A stretch of 64,000 nucleotides of DNA from Nemertoderma westbladi (taxonomy: Eukaryota > Animalia > Xenacoelomorpha), in NCBI GenBank assembly GCA_032718475.1, contig JAUCBJ010007214.1:1-64000 (forward strand), written 5' to 3'. The notes under the pieces were generated by a model, which saw nothing but the letters and a program-made list of their open reading frames with translations, was not told the origin of the DNA and did no database searches. How positions within the stretch are numbered: the stretch's first letter is position 1; the number at the start of each line of letters is the position of its first letter. Both the position numbers and the translations under genes were made by a program. Below, one piece after another: positions 23,330 to 44,700 of this stretch.

Positions 23330-23890
23330 TGTGACGGGATCTAAGAAGGATCCCGGTTTATCCGCGGTTATTGTATTTACGCGTCCCCACCGTGTGTGTG
23401 TGTGAAAAGAGTCTGGGAATTCTGACGTTATTGATCCTCCGATATGTATAATGCGATAGATAGTATAAAATGGATATAGTATAAAATGGTTGAAACCCAA
23501 ATGATGTAATACAGTAGTGTACAGGTAAATGGTGGTAGGCGAGGACGGTAATAGAAGTCACCGCTCTACCCTAGCTAACCGACTAACATAAATGAGATAA
23601 CTGAACCGAATACTGATACCTAATAATATATATTGCACGGTTTGGCCGTTGTTACAGTACCTAGCCGGTGCCTTCCTCCCATTGGCTAATATCCCTGTTG
23701 GCACCCTTTGGAGTGTTTCCCCTCACTCCTGCTATTCTCTCTCGGTCAGGGGTATGGCCCCTGACCCCTATTGTGTGTTTCTCCTTCCCACTCTGTTGGG
23801 GTGGCACGAGGTTGGGTAATTAAGCTCGTGCTCCCAATATTGCTTAACGGCTTACTTTGTGGGGTGTTAGCGGAATTGAATAAGCTAACA
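23330..23890 (-). repeat. 3' LTR of element B
   Basis: Near-identical to 44701-45259. Confidence 0.96.
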
Positions 23891-23899
23891 CTCCCCCCC
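23891..23899 (-). promoter_or_regulatory. Polypurine tract of B (GGGGGGGAG)
   Basis: Immediately precedes the 3' LTR on the minus strand. Confidence 0.9.
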
Positions 23900-24616
23900 A
23901 TGCTATCTTCCCGGTGAGAAGACTTTAGACTTTAGGCATCCACCTAAAGTGCGCTCAATTCCGCTGGATCCCGATCTATTATCAGGTGTGGGGTGGAACT
24001 ATTTTTTCAGAGCCGGTTTTCCAGACCGCCCCCTATGGGTATGATATCGCTACCCGGTTCGCCTGGCGTCCCATGTCGGGCCGATCGTACGCTCCTCTCA
24101 CACGACTTTTGTTTCCCCAACACTTTCGCCACTTTAACTCCACTCTGTTCTCACCCTGACTCTCCTCTACTTCTCCTCACTTCAGCTCTAACTCTCGGAC
24201 TTCCCTGTCCCTCACTCAGCCTCTTATTCCTCCCACACACTTGAATTGCATTCGCACTCTCTCCGCACTCCACACTATCACCTTTACTCGAACCCTCTTT
24301 GACTACCTTATTCCCTCTGACGAGTCTCACCCCCCCCCCCCCCCCCCCCTCCTGTGCCGTCGCACTCAAGAAGTGTGAAATCGTCTGGTGTCTCGTCCAT
24401 AGTACCATAGTCAGTTAGCCCCACAGTCCCAGTAGCTAATTGAGAAAGGTTGTATGACTATAGTACTTACTTCGAACGTATATTTCATTACTAAACTACT
24501 GATTGCTACGTACGTACATACAAATTGCACTTATTTGATTATTTAGATTACTTAAATTTGTACTTAATAGTTCGCACGTCCCATGTGGCGCCTTCCAGGC
24601 GTACCACATCGAAGCC

Positions 24617-25915
24617 TCAGTTTATCCCTCCTGACTTCGGGAACCACCTCAAGTCTTTCCCTCTGCCGTCCTCTTCCCTGGGTCGTTTCCTGGTCACTAC
24701 CGCTCCTCTGGGATCCGCTTTCTGTCCTCGGACCCTCGCCGCCACCTCCTTACTGATCCCGGTTGTCGGCTCCTTGGGCGCTGCTGTTATCAGTGCCCGG
24801 TAACGCTCTGCGGGTGGCCCCTCCGAATGGCCTTGCTGTCTCCCCCTGGTGGCGTCCCATAAGATCATCTTCATCGCCCGCGGCACATGCTCCGCCAAGA
24901 AATCCCTAAACTCCCCTCGGTTCTGTGGCGTCCACCTGTCCAAATACCTTTGCGTATTTATCACCCCGGCATACAACGCCGCCGTTGCTACCTCTTGATA
25001 GGTAAACGGTAACCTCCGCTTTATGATCTCCAAGTGGGCCTCCTGATTGATAAGGAACAAACCCCACTTGAACTCATGGGCCTTCATGCGTTGCCGCGTC
25101 ATGGCCCCAACGTCGGCCCACTCCTCGAAGGTTCTGAACTTCTCTTCATCGTCCATCCAGTCGCACTGGCATCCGTAGTGTCCCCGAAAGTTACACTTCG
25201 AGCATCGGTTATGCAACTGTGGACATGCTCCCATCCTGTGGCTCGTCTCGTGGCAGTAGAGACATCTGGTCCCTCTCTGGAACCAGAACTGGCCTGTGTT
25301 CTCCACTACTCCCAACTCGTCCGGTGCTGTCATAGCCATGAAGACCACCTGCATGTCCAGAAGGTTGGGGGTGTCCGGACCGATGATTCTCTCCGTGTCT
25401 TCGCGAATCGCCGATCCCACCTTCGTCGTCGACTTCTCTCTTACCAGGACTTGCACCGCTTTCGGCAACCGGTTTAATTTCGGCCCGTCCTTGTTCCCAT
25501 ACGTTCCTAGGTCGAATAAGAAAATGTCTCCATTTGGTGCGGCCAAATGTAGGAGTATGGTCCTGGCCGACCCCGCTGATCCTCGTCTCGAACCCTCCTC
25601 ATCTTCCACGGTTCCCTCGTCGTCTAGGATCATATATCCTCCCCTGTTGATGGACTCTATGAACCTCTTCCAATCTTTCTTCGGCGACTCCCTCGCGTAC
25701 TTCGGAATCCCGAACTTCGCCTCGTCCCCTTTCACCACGTAGTGGAAATGTTGGAAGATCGCATTGTCCAGCGACGGCATCCCGTAGGTCCCGACCAGCC
25801 GCTGTTCGTGCATCTCCCTGAAGTGGTCCTGCAGCGCTCGTGCCGCGTGACCCTTTTCCAACCGCTCGTAGTTTCCTCTCATCTTCTCTTCCGGATGCCT
25901 CTTGGTGAAATCCAC
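24617..25915 (-). CDS. Accessory protein of element B: DEDDy/RNase D-WRN-like exonuclease (ExoI, ExoII) + two CCHC knuckles
   Basis: MILDDEG, LLHLAAPNGDIFLFDL, LPKAVQVLVREKSTTKVGSAIRED, LLDMQV; CLYCHETSHRMGACPQ, CSKCNFRGHYGCQC, FEEWAD. In-frame ATG at 25972 lies upstream of a single TAA. Confidence 0.82.
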   Translation of the reverse strand: MDFTKRHPEEKMRGNYERLEKGHAARALQDHFREMHEQRLVGTYGMPSLDNAIFQHFHYVVKGDEAKFGIPKYARESPKKDWKRFIESINRGGYMILDDEGTVEDEEGSRRGSAGSARTILLHLAAPNGDIFLFDLGTYGNKDGPKLNRLPKAVQVLVREKSTTKVGSAIREDTERIIGPDTPNLLDMQVVFMAMTAPDELGVVENTGQFWFQRGTRCLYCHETSHRMGACPQLHNRCSKCNFRGHYGCQCDWMDDEEKFRTFEEWADVGAMTRQRMKAHEFKWGLFLINQEAHLEIIKRRLPFTYQEVATAALYAGVINTQRYLDRWTPQNRGEFRDFLAEHVPRAMKMILWDATRGRQQGHSEGPPAERYRALITAAPKEPTTGISKEVAARVRGQKADPRGAVVTRKRPREEDGRGKDLRWFPKSGGIN

Positions 25916-26377
25916 CAGTATCTCCTTTCCTCCTTATTCCGCCTTTCTCTTTCTGATCAGTTTTCCCGCCATTCTGAACACTCTCACTCGCTCACCTGTA
26001 AGGTGGTGCCTTACCAAGGCGCAATACAGATGAGTGATAAGTTTATGATGGTCTGTACAGTTTGAGAATGGCCCATTTCTACTTAGCTCTGAGTTATAGC
26101 CTAAATTTTCTTACTACTGTTACCATGATTTGTTCTCTTTTAGCCCTATTCTTATTTAATTTTAATTTAATTTTAATTTAATCCTACTGCTTACTGTTTA
26201 TGGATTATTCTATTTCATAATCCACATTCTGACCTACTCTGTGGGCCTGTGCAGTACAGCAGTATATGTCGTGTGGCCTACACGATTTATCCAACTGTAC
26301 TCATATGCCCCCCTCTCGCTACTAACTGCTAACTAATATCCATATTATACATATCCCTTCTACCCCTATTACTAATC

Positions 26378-27054
26378 GGTACTACGTACCCTCCTACTAA
26401 CCTCTAACTAACTAGCGGTACTACGTACCCTCTAACTCTTACTCTCTCTAACTAACTAACTAGCGGTACTACGTACCCTCTAACTCTTACTCTCTCTCTC
26501 TCTAACTAGCGGTACTACGTACCCTCTAACTACTCTAACTCTACTAACTAATGGTACTACGTACCCTCTAACTCTTACTCTCTCTCTCTCTAACTAGCGG
26601 TACTATGTACCCTCTAACTACTCTAACTCCACTAACTAGCGGTACTACGTACCCTCTAACTCTTACTCTCTCTCTCTCTAACTAGCGGTACTACGTACCC
26701 TCTAACTACTCTAACTCCACTAATGGTACTACGTACCCTCTTACTACTCTCTAACTAACGGTACTACGTACCCTCTAACTACTCCACTAACTAACGGTAC
26801 TACGTACCCTCTTACCACTCTTACTCCACTAACTAACGGTACTACGTACCCTCTTACTACTCTGACTCTACTAACCACCGGTACTACGTACCCTCTTACT
26901 ACTTCTCTAACACCTCTAACTAACTAACTCCTATCTCTCGGTACTACGTACCTCCTAACTAACTAACTGACTAACTAACTCTCACTCTCGGTACTACGTA
27001 CCTCCTAACTAACTAACTAGCTAACTAACTCTCACTCTCGGTACTACGTACCTC
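26378..27054. repeat. Minisatellite: 16 copies of the hairpin motif GGTACTACGTACC with variable CTAA/CTCT-rich spacers
   Basis: Counted by eye; one copy reads GGTACTATGTACC. Confidence 0.92.
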
Positions 27055-36022
<8,968 letters not shown>

Positions 36023-36123
36023 TTTTTTTATTTTTATTTTATGTGTGGGAAGGGCTTCTCGCCCTCAATCCCACCCCCCTCAGTCCAAAACTTGGACGAC
36101 TAAACACCTCTCTAACAACCAAT

Positions 36124-39100
36124 CTAAGGTGCCCCTTCTAATAGACAGCATTTCCCTACAGCTCTCCTGTAGGTTTTTCTGTCCTTCGCACCTATCCTGC
36201 CACCTATCCGCACTTCTACCGATCGGACTCTTCCGTCCTCATCGGAGTAAGTGCCTACAACTCTCACCAACCGCCACTGGTTGTTGATGATAGTATCATC
36301 CGTAACGATTACGAGATCTCCTTCTCTTAACTCCCTATTCGACTTCCTCCACTTGCTTCTTTTGTGAAGCGTGGGTAGGTATTCCTCAACCCACCTCCTC
36401 CAATACTCTGCGCTTATTGCTTTAGCGACTTTCCAACTCTGGCGGGAGTGTATGTCATCTGGGTCTACACCCCGCATATCGATGGTCGCTGGCCTTTCCA
36501 TTAGAAAATGGCTGGGTGTCAGCACATCTAATGACTCAGGGTCATCATTCTCCGGATATAGCAGTCTGCTATTAATGCACTTCGCAAGTACTGTTCTCAA
36601 GACGTCCTCCGTGACCATGTGGGTGTTCATTAACTTCGTCATGAGACGCTTCGAACTGCCCACCAGTCTCTCGACGCATCCTAGTGTATGTGGTGCATAC
36701 GGCGTCCTTCTCTCCCACTTTACCTGTCGTCGTCTCATGGCTGCCCTGACTTCCTCCCCTTCCAAGATGTCCAAGGCCTCTGCCATCTCGTTCTCTGCTC
36801 CCACAAAGTTGGTTCCGCTGTCGGAGTACATTACTGCGATCGTCCCACCTTTGTGGTCTCTGAGCCCTTCTAATGCATTAATGAATGCTGATGCGGTTGC
36901 ATCTTGGGCGAGTTCTATCCCTACCGCCCGCGTGTTGTTGCATACGAAGATAATACCGTAGCGTTTCTCCGTGTGCCGCATCACCTTGATCTTTATCGGC
37001 CCGAACATGTCCACACCACAATGCGTAAATGGCGGGTCGTGCTGTCTTACCCTACTCGCTGGTAGTGGTGCCATCTCCTGTATGGTTCGCTCCTTCTTCG
37101 CTCGTCGGCAGGTCTGGCACTGCCCCACTACCGCTTTTACCTTCTTCCTCAACTGCTTGACCCAAAAGGTCCTCCGTATCTCCGTAAGGGTTCGGTTGGT
37201 GCCCCCGTGCAATATCGACTTGTGGGAGTCCCAGATAATCTGGTGGATTATTGGCGATCCTGTGGGAATGATGATGGGTTTCGGTGGTATGACTATGCTG
37301 TTGTTGTATCCCACCCTGGAGTTCATTACTAGAATCCCGTCGTCATTAAGTTGTGGTGACAGCGTGATCAGCTCGCTGTCCCGTCGGATATGCTGTTGTT
37401 TACCGACGCATTCCACCTCGTCGCCATAGCTCTTCCGTTGTTCATAGCGGATTACTGCTTTGGCCGCTCCTTCCAGATCTGTTGTTGTCCTGATCTTCTT
37501 GCATTTGCCAACTCCCGCGAGGAAATTCCCGAAGGCTCTCCAGTACGCCACTAATTTCTTGGTATTATACCAACTAGAGCTGTAGCTGAGGAGTTTATCC
37601 GTCGGGTTATCGCACAGTTCTACTGGTTTAGGTTGCACGTCCCTTATCTCCCTCACCATCTGGGAGTATATCTCTTCTCCCTTTGAATCTCCCTCTTCTC
37701 CCTCTGATACTGCTTCTCCCGAGCCCGGGTCCACCTTTCTCATCGGCGGCCAGGCCTCCTTGTCGCTCAGAAACTGTGGCCCATGTTGCCACAATTCTTC
37801 CTTTTTTAAGAAAGAGTGACGTGCCACGCCCCTCGATAACAAGTCCGCTGGATTCTCGTCCGTAGGGCAGTAGTGCCACCTTCCTAACTCTGTGGTCGCC
37901 CTTATTTCGTCCACTCTATTTGCGACGAATATAGGGTATCTCATCCTCTCATTGTGTAACCAGCCAAGCACTACCATGGAATCCGTCCAGTAGTGTGTCT
38001 CCACTATGTTGGGAATAGCGTCCATTATGTAGGCTGTGGCCCTAACTCCTAGGCTCGCTGCTGTTAACTCTAGTTTGGGAACCGATGCCGAATCTGGTGG
38101 CGTTGACTTCGCCTTGCTGAAGGCAAGTCTGGGCTTATGAGGCCCCTCTTGTTGTACTAAATAGAGTGCCGCTCCGTATGCCTCTAGTGACGCATCGGAG
38201 AACATGTGCAGATCCAGGTTCGTCATGTCCCCATCCGGGAAATACACTCGCGGCATGCTGTATGTTCCCATCTTCTCCAAGCCTTCTGTCCACTTACAGC
38301 ACTGTTTCTTGATCTCTTCTGGTACCTCTATGTCCCACTCATCCTTCAGTTTGTATACTCTCTTGAGTATCTGTTTCCCCGTGACTAATAGTGGGGATGC
38401 TAGGCCTAGGGGATCGTATATTCTCGCTATGTATGATACATAGCCTCTCTTTGTGTGGATGTCTGCGCCCTCCTGGCTCAGCTGGTACTTCAGTTCATCT
38501 GTCTCTCTGTTCCGCACGATTCACAGTGCCTTCTGTTGAGACTCTGTCCTCTTATTCGCCATGTCCTGCCCTTTTGCTGTTGTGGGATTATCCATGGTCG
38601 ATTCTGGTCTCTCATCCTCCATCGCCTTGATAAATTCCTCCGAATTGGATTGGAATTTGGTCAGGTTAAAGCCGGATCCTTTTAGGATGTCACGAACCTC
38701 GCGCCCTGTGTCCAGTATCTCCTTAACCGTGTTCCCAGAATCCATTCCGTCGTCTACGTAGAAGCCGCGTCAAATCATATCGACGGCCCTAGTGCTGTAT
38801 TTATCCTCCTTTCCCTTCACTGTATCTCTTACTGCCATAGTCGTCGTAAATGAAGACGACTTGGCTCCCATGTTCTGTACTATCATCTTGTACGTCGGTA
38901 CAATCGACGGTTCTTCATCGCCGTTGTACCATAAGAAGCGTTGGCTATCGCTATCTTCTTCCGTTATACGGACTTGGTTGAACATGCCCTCTATATCACA
39001 GGTGAAGGCGTGTTTCCCATTCCTGAATCTAAGTAGGACCTCGATCCCCGAGTTGTAGATATTGGGACCCTCCCGCAGATAGTCGTTTAGGCATTTTCCG

Positions 39101-40272
39101 TTAGTCTTGGCCGATGCGTCAACTACCATCCGCAGTTTACCTTTCTTCGGATCTAAAGCCACGTGGAGTGGCAGGTAATATGTCCTGTCCGTATTTGGTT
39201 CGTCGACCGGCAACTCCACGGCCCATCCTTTCTCGACGTACTTCTTAATCGTTCTGTGGATGTACTCATTCTTCTTGGGGCTCCGTTTTAGTGTCTGCTT
39301 CAGCTTGCGGAGCCTCGTGAGTACCATCCCTCTATTATCGGGCAGTGGTAGCTTCGGTAGCTTCCATACCATTCCTATGGTGTACCGCCCCTCGTCGCAT
39401 TTCATAGACTCCTCTACGCTCTGTTGAGCCTGTTTGTCTTCCACCGAGGTCCCGACCCCGGTCTCCTTTAATCCTTCAAAATCCTGTCTGAGCAGTCTTT
39501 TAAGCTGCTCCTCTGCTCTCTCATCACTCATTTCCTGCATAGTTCCCGCGAACATGCATCCTGATGTCTCCGACATCCTAAATGGTATCTTGCTCTTGAT
39601 TGGGCCGCTCAGCGTCCACCCGAATGGTGTTAGTATTGCCACCTGGTCACACTGTCTGTCTTCGCCGAAGACCGTTTGCATTCTTTCGTGGGCTGTCGGG
39701 CAGTCCATTCCTACTATGATGGATACCTTCCTAACGTCCACCTCTGGGATTGAGAAGTCGATATCATCCAGAAATTTGTATTGTTCGACCTCGATGTTGG
39801 TTGGCCGTCTGGCATTGATGTTTATTGATTCTATCACTTGGATGTGGTCGATGGTCGCCCCGTAGTCACATCCTGGTGCCACCGCTGCAATTGCGCACCG
39901 TCCGGTTCTCATCTCCAGGATCTCATCTTTGCTAGAGATGGTTGTTACCGCCATTCTACTCGGCCTCGTTCTCAATCCTATCTCTTCGGCCACCCAATCC
40001 TCGATTAATGTGAAGGCAGCTCCACTATCAACCAGCATCAGTGTGGTTACTGATCGATTGCCTTCTCCAATCACTCGCACCGGTAGTACCCCAAGTAGCA
40101 CTGTTCCTCTCTTCTTCGCCCCTACTGTGCTCATTGCCATTGTTTGGCCTTTCCTTTGACCGAACTTGACTGGCGTCTCCTTGCATTGCCTAGCTCTATG
40201 TCCACTCATCACACATCGCGAGCAGATCTCATTTCTCGCCGCATATTCTACCTGATCTTCTCTGGGTAGCAC
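36124..40272 (-). pseudogene. pol: pol of element B (protease, RT, RNase H, integrase), with in-frame stops
   Basis: LVDSGA; YYLPLH, RMVVDAS, DIEGMFNQV; YVDD at ~38749-38760 just past a stop; HMFSDAS, PKLELTAA, WTDS, NPADLLSRG; H..LHGG..CQTC, GVDMFGP, SDSGTNF, VERLV. Confidence 0.95.
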
Positions 40273-40355
40273 TTGCTATCCTATAGTTTGGCATTAACCG
40301 TTCTAGCAGTTGTTCCTACTATTGTTATTTTAGACAAGGCGTGCTTCGAGGGACA

Positions 40356-43300
40356 CTATCCTCTTTTCTTTGCCCCTACGGTGCTCGTTGCCATCGTCTG
40401 CCCTTTGCCCTGACCGAACTTAATTGGCGTTTCTTCGCATTGGTCGGCTCTGTGTCCACCCATCACACATCGAGAACAAATTTCATATCTCCTCGCGTAT
40501 TCTACCTGATCTTCCCTGGGTAGCGCTCGCCAGTACCTGCAGTTCATGGTTTGATGAAGCGCATTTGTATGTAGCTGGCATTTGCTCTTTGGGTTGTAGC
40601 CGTCCTTATACAGTGCATTGCGTATCGCAGCTGCGTTTGTACCAAAGTCCCTACTATTCTTATTGTTTGGGTTCGGCCTACTGGACGTACTGGGGTTATA
40701 TTTATTTGTGTTGTTATTGTTCCCCTGTCCGTTCCATGGTGTGGTCTTACCTTCGGCTACCTGTGGACTTGCAGTCCCCTGCGTCGCTGCGTATGGCAAT
40801 GAGTGCCTGAGCTTTGGTAATGCGTTTGACGTGTTGTGCTCTGGCCTCGGTCTATGGTAATCCGTCTTCGGTCCCTTTCCCAGGCTATCTTCGCTATAGA
40901 CTGGGTCGGTTATTAGTTCAGCTTCGTAGTTTAAGAAACTTGACATTTCCTCCAGACCCGGTTCCGCACCCTTCCTATCTCGAGTGGAGAAAGCGATTTT
41001 CCTCCACTTGTTGCGCAGCCAGATCGGTAGTGCCTGCGCTATCGTGGTGATGTTGTTGGACGCGTTGAGCTCGTATGGCGCGTCTAGCGTCTTTAGTACG
41101 ATTAGCGCCTTTTCGACTTTGTTAGCGAACGTCTTAATGCTAACGGGGTTATCCTGCAGGCCACCCGAAGTTATGCCTCTCAGGGTTTGCCTGATGATCT
41201 TGGCCGGGTGCCCGTATTCCCTGTCCAGTGCCCGCCATGCCGTCGTGAAGCCGCCCTCTATGCCCTGGTATTGCCTCACGATGTCGTATGCTGGGCCTCC
41301 TGTGTATACTTGCAGATATTTTAGGCACTCCGCCTGCGTCAAGTTCTTTGTTAGTATTTCGTTACTATACATACGCCGAAACTGGAGATACTCCTCCGGC
41401 CTACTCCCATCGAATTTGAATGGTTCCATGGGTGGTAACTCGATCCTCGTTTTTAACGCATCGATCAACGTGGCCATCCCCATCGCCTGCGCTTCCAATG
41501 GGTTCGATGGATGTTGTATAGTTTCTCCCGCTGGGTGTGTTCCGTCCGTCCTGCTTTCTGCCTTCCTTTGGCTTGGGTATATCATTGGGGGTAGCGGCCC
41601 CCTCCATATTTCTGTGTCGCATGATCTATTTTCATCCAACGGTCTCGTTGATCTTGCTCCTATCGGGGTATATTGTTGATATTGTGATGGGGGAATGTCA
41701 CCCTGCCCCCCCCCCCACCGGTATGTTTGGTACTGGGGTTGATGTTAATATATTGGGGCCCATCCACCTATCCGCAATAAATCCCCCCTCCCCTGGGTAT
41801 ATGTTATGTCCTTGCATGCTGTAGTCATACTGCTGTACTGGTACCGGTATAGGCCTATCATCTTCTGGCCTACCTGCCGGTATGTACTCTGTGACTTCCG
41901 GGTTTAATCCCGTCGACCGCGCTATCCTATCGCCTACACGATTCCTGTCAGCATGGCCTATGGTATGTGCAGTAAGGCCTACAGTATGTCCTACAGTCTG
42001 TATGTGTCGCTCGGGATCGAAGTTTATTCTTCTCGAATAATCCTCCCCGCGGCTACCGTATTCTCGATCGGTAGGTATATCCCGTCGGAAAGTTTCTCTT
42101 CGACCCCCTCTACTGCTCTCGTCTTCGTACCGGTACATCGTGTACCCCTCTCTCGACGCGTGATGCGCCTCGTCAGGTCGCGTCTCTCCAGGACGACGGC
42201 AATCTCCCGAAGTTCGACCCCACCAACACTCTCTTTCCATCTCGACTACCAACGGCTCGCTATCCGTCCTCGCTCTCCTGTCGTTCGCGGCGATACTTCT
42301 CCTGCTGTCTTCTCTTCTTCTCCTTTCAGTGCAGTATTCCGGCTCGTGAGATCTCTCGTCGACCTCCCGGTTAAACCCCACTGTTCTTCTTCCCTCTTCT
42401 GATCGGGCTCGACGCTTCGTCCGCCCTCTCGTGACGTCAATCTGCCTCTCTCTGCTCGATCGCACGCTGCTGGGGATACTCGCAATCCCCCTATCACTCT
42501 CCGTCGCCGGGAGTTGCGGTTTACCTATTTCGGCCCGCGCATTATCCACCGACGCCTGTGGGACACTCTCTGCCCCCCCCTCTCGCCACTAACTTCTCGC
42601 TGTGGGGCTCTTGTAGCCCCCCCCCCCCCCCCCCCCGCTCGCCACATATCACACCACTACCTCTTACTTCTCTTCTACACCCCTCTCCAGTCAACACAAT
42701 GTTTCTACTGCGGCTGGGTTCGCTTACCCCTGCCTCTCTCCCCACTACTACTTGGCCTATCGGGCCTACTCCGGGTTGGCTCAACCCCGCCACCCCCTGC
42801 CTACTAACTACGTGGCCTACCAGGCCGCCGTTGGCTCGACTCAACCCCGCCACCTCCTGCCTACTAACTACATGGCCTACCAGGCCGCTGTCGGGTCGAC
42901 TCAGCCCCGCCACTTCCTGCCTACTAACTACATGGCCTACCTGGCCGCCACCTGTCGGGTTATACACTTCCGACGCGTTCACGTTAATAGCACCTATATT
43001 AGAAACGGAATTATTTTGTTCGTTTGAAATAAAATCATTTGAATTATTTTGCGCGACTACACTATTTGAATTATTTTGTAAATTCGGGTTTGGATCATTA
43101 TTTAAATTATTTGAGTTATTATTATTTTCTAAATTTAAATTACTATTCGGGTTATTTTGCACGTTTAAATTGAAATTATTATTTAGGTTATTTGTATTTA
43201 AATTTAAATTACTACTACTAGGTAAAGTATTTCCTGCAATAAAAGCTTGGTTAGGATCATCCAATACGGTACTATTAATATTAACGTCGTCTGCTGTAGT

Positions 43301-44399
43301 ATTATTATTACCCCCCCCCCCCCCCACCCGTACGGTCACACCAGTTACGGGTCTGTCGTGCGGTCCCTGTAAGTGGGGTATTAATAAATGTATCCACGGC
43401 CCTTGGCTCCTCGAAAATCTTCGAGTCAGCCTCGCCCTCTGACACCCCCACCCGCGCCAGTTCCAGTTCGCGCGTGCGCCTAATTTTGCACTATACAAGC
43501 TCGCTTAGGTGTTTTTCCAACTCTTTTCGCTCACGCTCGTCTCTTGCCATTCTCTCCCGACCCTCCCGTGCGTTCTGGTCGGCCAATTCCGCCTCTCTCC
43601 TAGCTCCCTCCCTTCGTCTCGCCTCACGCTCTTTGCGTTTACTTTCCTCCCTCGCCTCACGCTCCCTACGTTCACTCTGCTCTCTCGCCTCATACTCTTC
43701 TTGTTCCTTCCTCCCTATTTCCTCACACTCCCTAAGGCTTTTCGCGGCCCTTTCGGCCCTCTCTCCGGTTTCTCTAATCAGTTCCATTTCCCTCTCTAGT
43801 AGCATTCTCCTCTCCTCTAACCGTCTCTCTACTTCTCTCTGACTTTGCGCTATCAGATCGAGATGGTACGTCGCATTTATCTCTCTCACCCGTCTTTCTT
43901 TTACGGAGGATGTAGCAGACTTATCGGTTGCGACAGATTCCTTCCGCCTTCCTGACCTACTAACTTTCCCCCTCCTCCCAGAACTTCCTCCGACCAACGA
44001 GACCGAATCCTCGGGGTTAACCTCGGATTCGCCCTCGTCAGGTCTCCTCCAACCCACTAATTGTATAACCTGGGCATCGACTAAGTATGGCCCTATGTAC
44101 ACTGCACTAGGTTGCATACCCCCACACCGCCATAAATCACACAGTTCCTCGGCAACCCCTCTCGCTCTCTCTTTGGCCAGTTCTCTCTGCCCGAAGCGCA
44201 TTAGATAACTAAAATGTCTATCCGACTCACCTAGTCCTGTTGTCAACTTTACCTCATCTATCTTCGCCCCCTCCTTGGCCTCCTTAAGTAGCTTCCGGGT
44301 CGCGTTGTAGGCCCGTCGAAGTCGATCAGAAACCCCGACGTCCTCGTCGCCGACCTCTCCTCCGTCTCTCCGGGTCCGACGTCGTACCGGCGGCCCCAC
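40356..44399 (-). pseudogene. gag: gag of element B, frameshifted (coiled coil, Asn-rich region, capsid region, knuckles)
   Basis: ORFs 43491-44399, 42542-43498, 41698-42549 and 40356-41639 (ELPPMEPFKFDGS...YLQVYTGGPA; CQLH..H..C; CSRCVMGGH..C). Confidence 0.88.
42725..42960 (-). repeat. 60-bp tandem repeat (~4 units) encoding GHVVSRQEVAGLSRP-like 20-mers
   Basis: TCAACCCCGCCAC.CCTGCCTACTAACTAC.TGGCCTACC repeats at 60-bp period. Confidence 0.9.
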
Positions 44400-44689
44400 C
44401 GTCGCCGTTCCGGTGGGCTGTCGGCCTGTGGCTGGCCGGCGACATTGGTACGTCGACCAATGTGTGTCGACTCGTCTCTTTCTCCTTCCATCTCGCTCTC
44501 TCCTTCTCTCAACTCGACTTCCGGCTCCAGACGGCCCCCCTCATCTTGAACTGCCGGATGACCCGTTACTGATGGGTCCGGCGTCGTAGGCCTATACCGT
44601 CTGGGCACGAATCGTTAGTTCTTCGTCCGGGGTCCGCGTTGGCGTAGCGTCACTCATCTCTCGCTTTAGGTCGGTTGCTGACAGAGTCT

Positions 44690-44700
44690 ACTTCTATTAC
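44690..44700 (-). promoter_or_regulatory. Non-tRNA primer-binding site of B (GTAATAGAAGT), complementary to LTR 44917-44927
   Basis: Directly follows the LTR CA on the minus strand; no TGG; perfect 11-nt complement inside the LTR. Function inferred. Confidence 0.68.

Noticed and set aside
26378-27054. CRISPR array
   Set aside because: Repeat is only 13 bp, spacers are related low-complexity CTAA/CTCT sequence, there are no cas genes, and the context is a eukaryotic retrotransposon.
36371-43842. Long plus-strand ORFs opposite B gag/pol (and similar ones opposite A, C and the RLE ORF)
   Set aside because: Antisense shadows of real coding frames, with no independent motifs.
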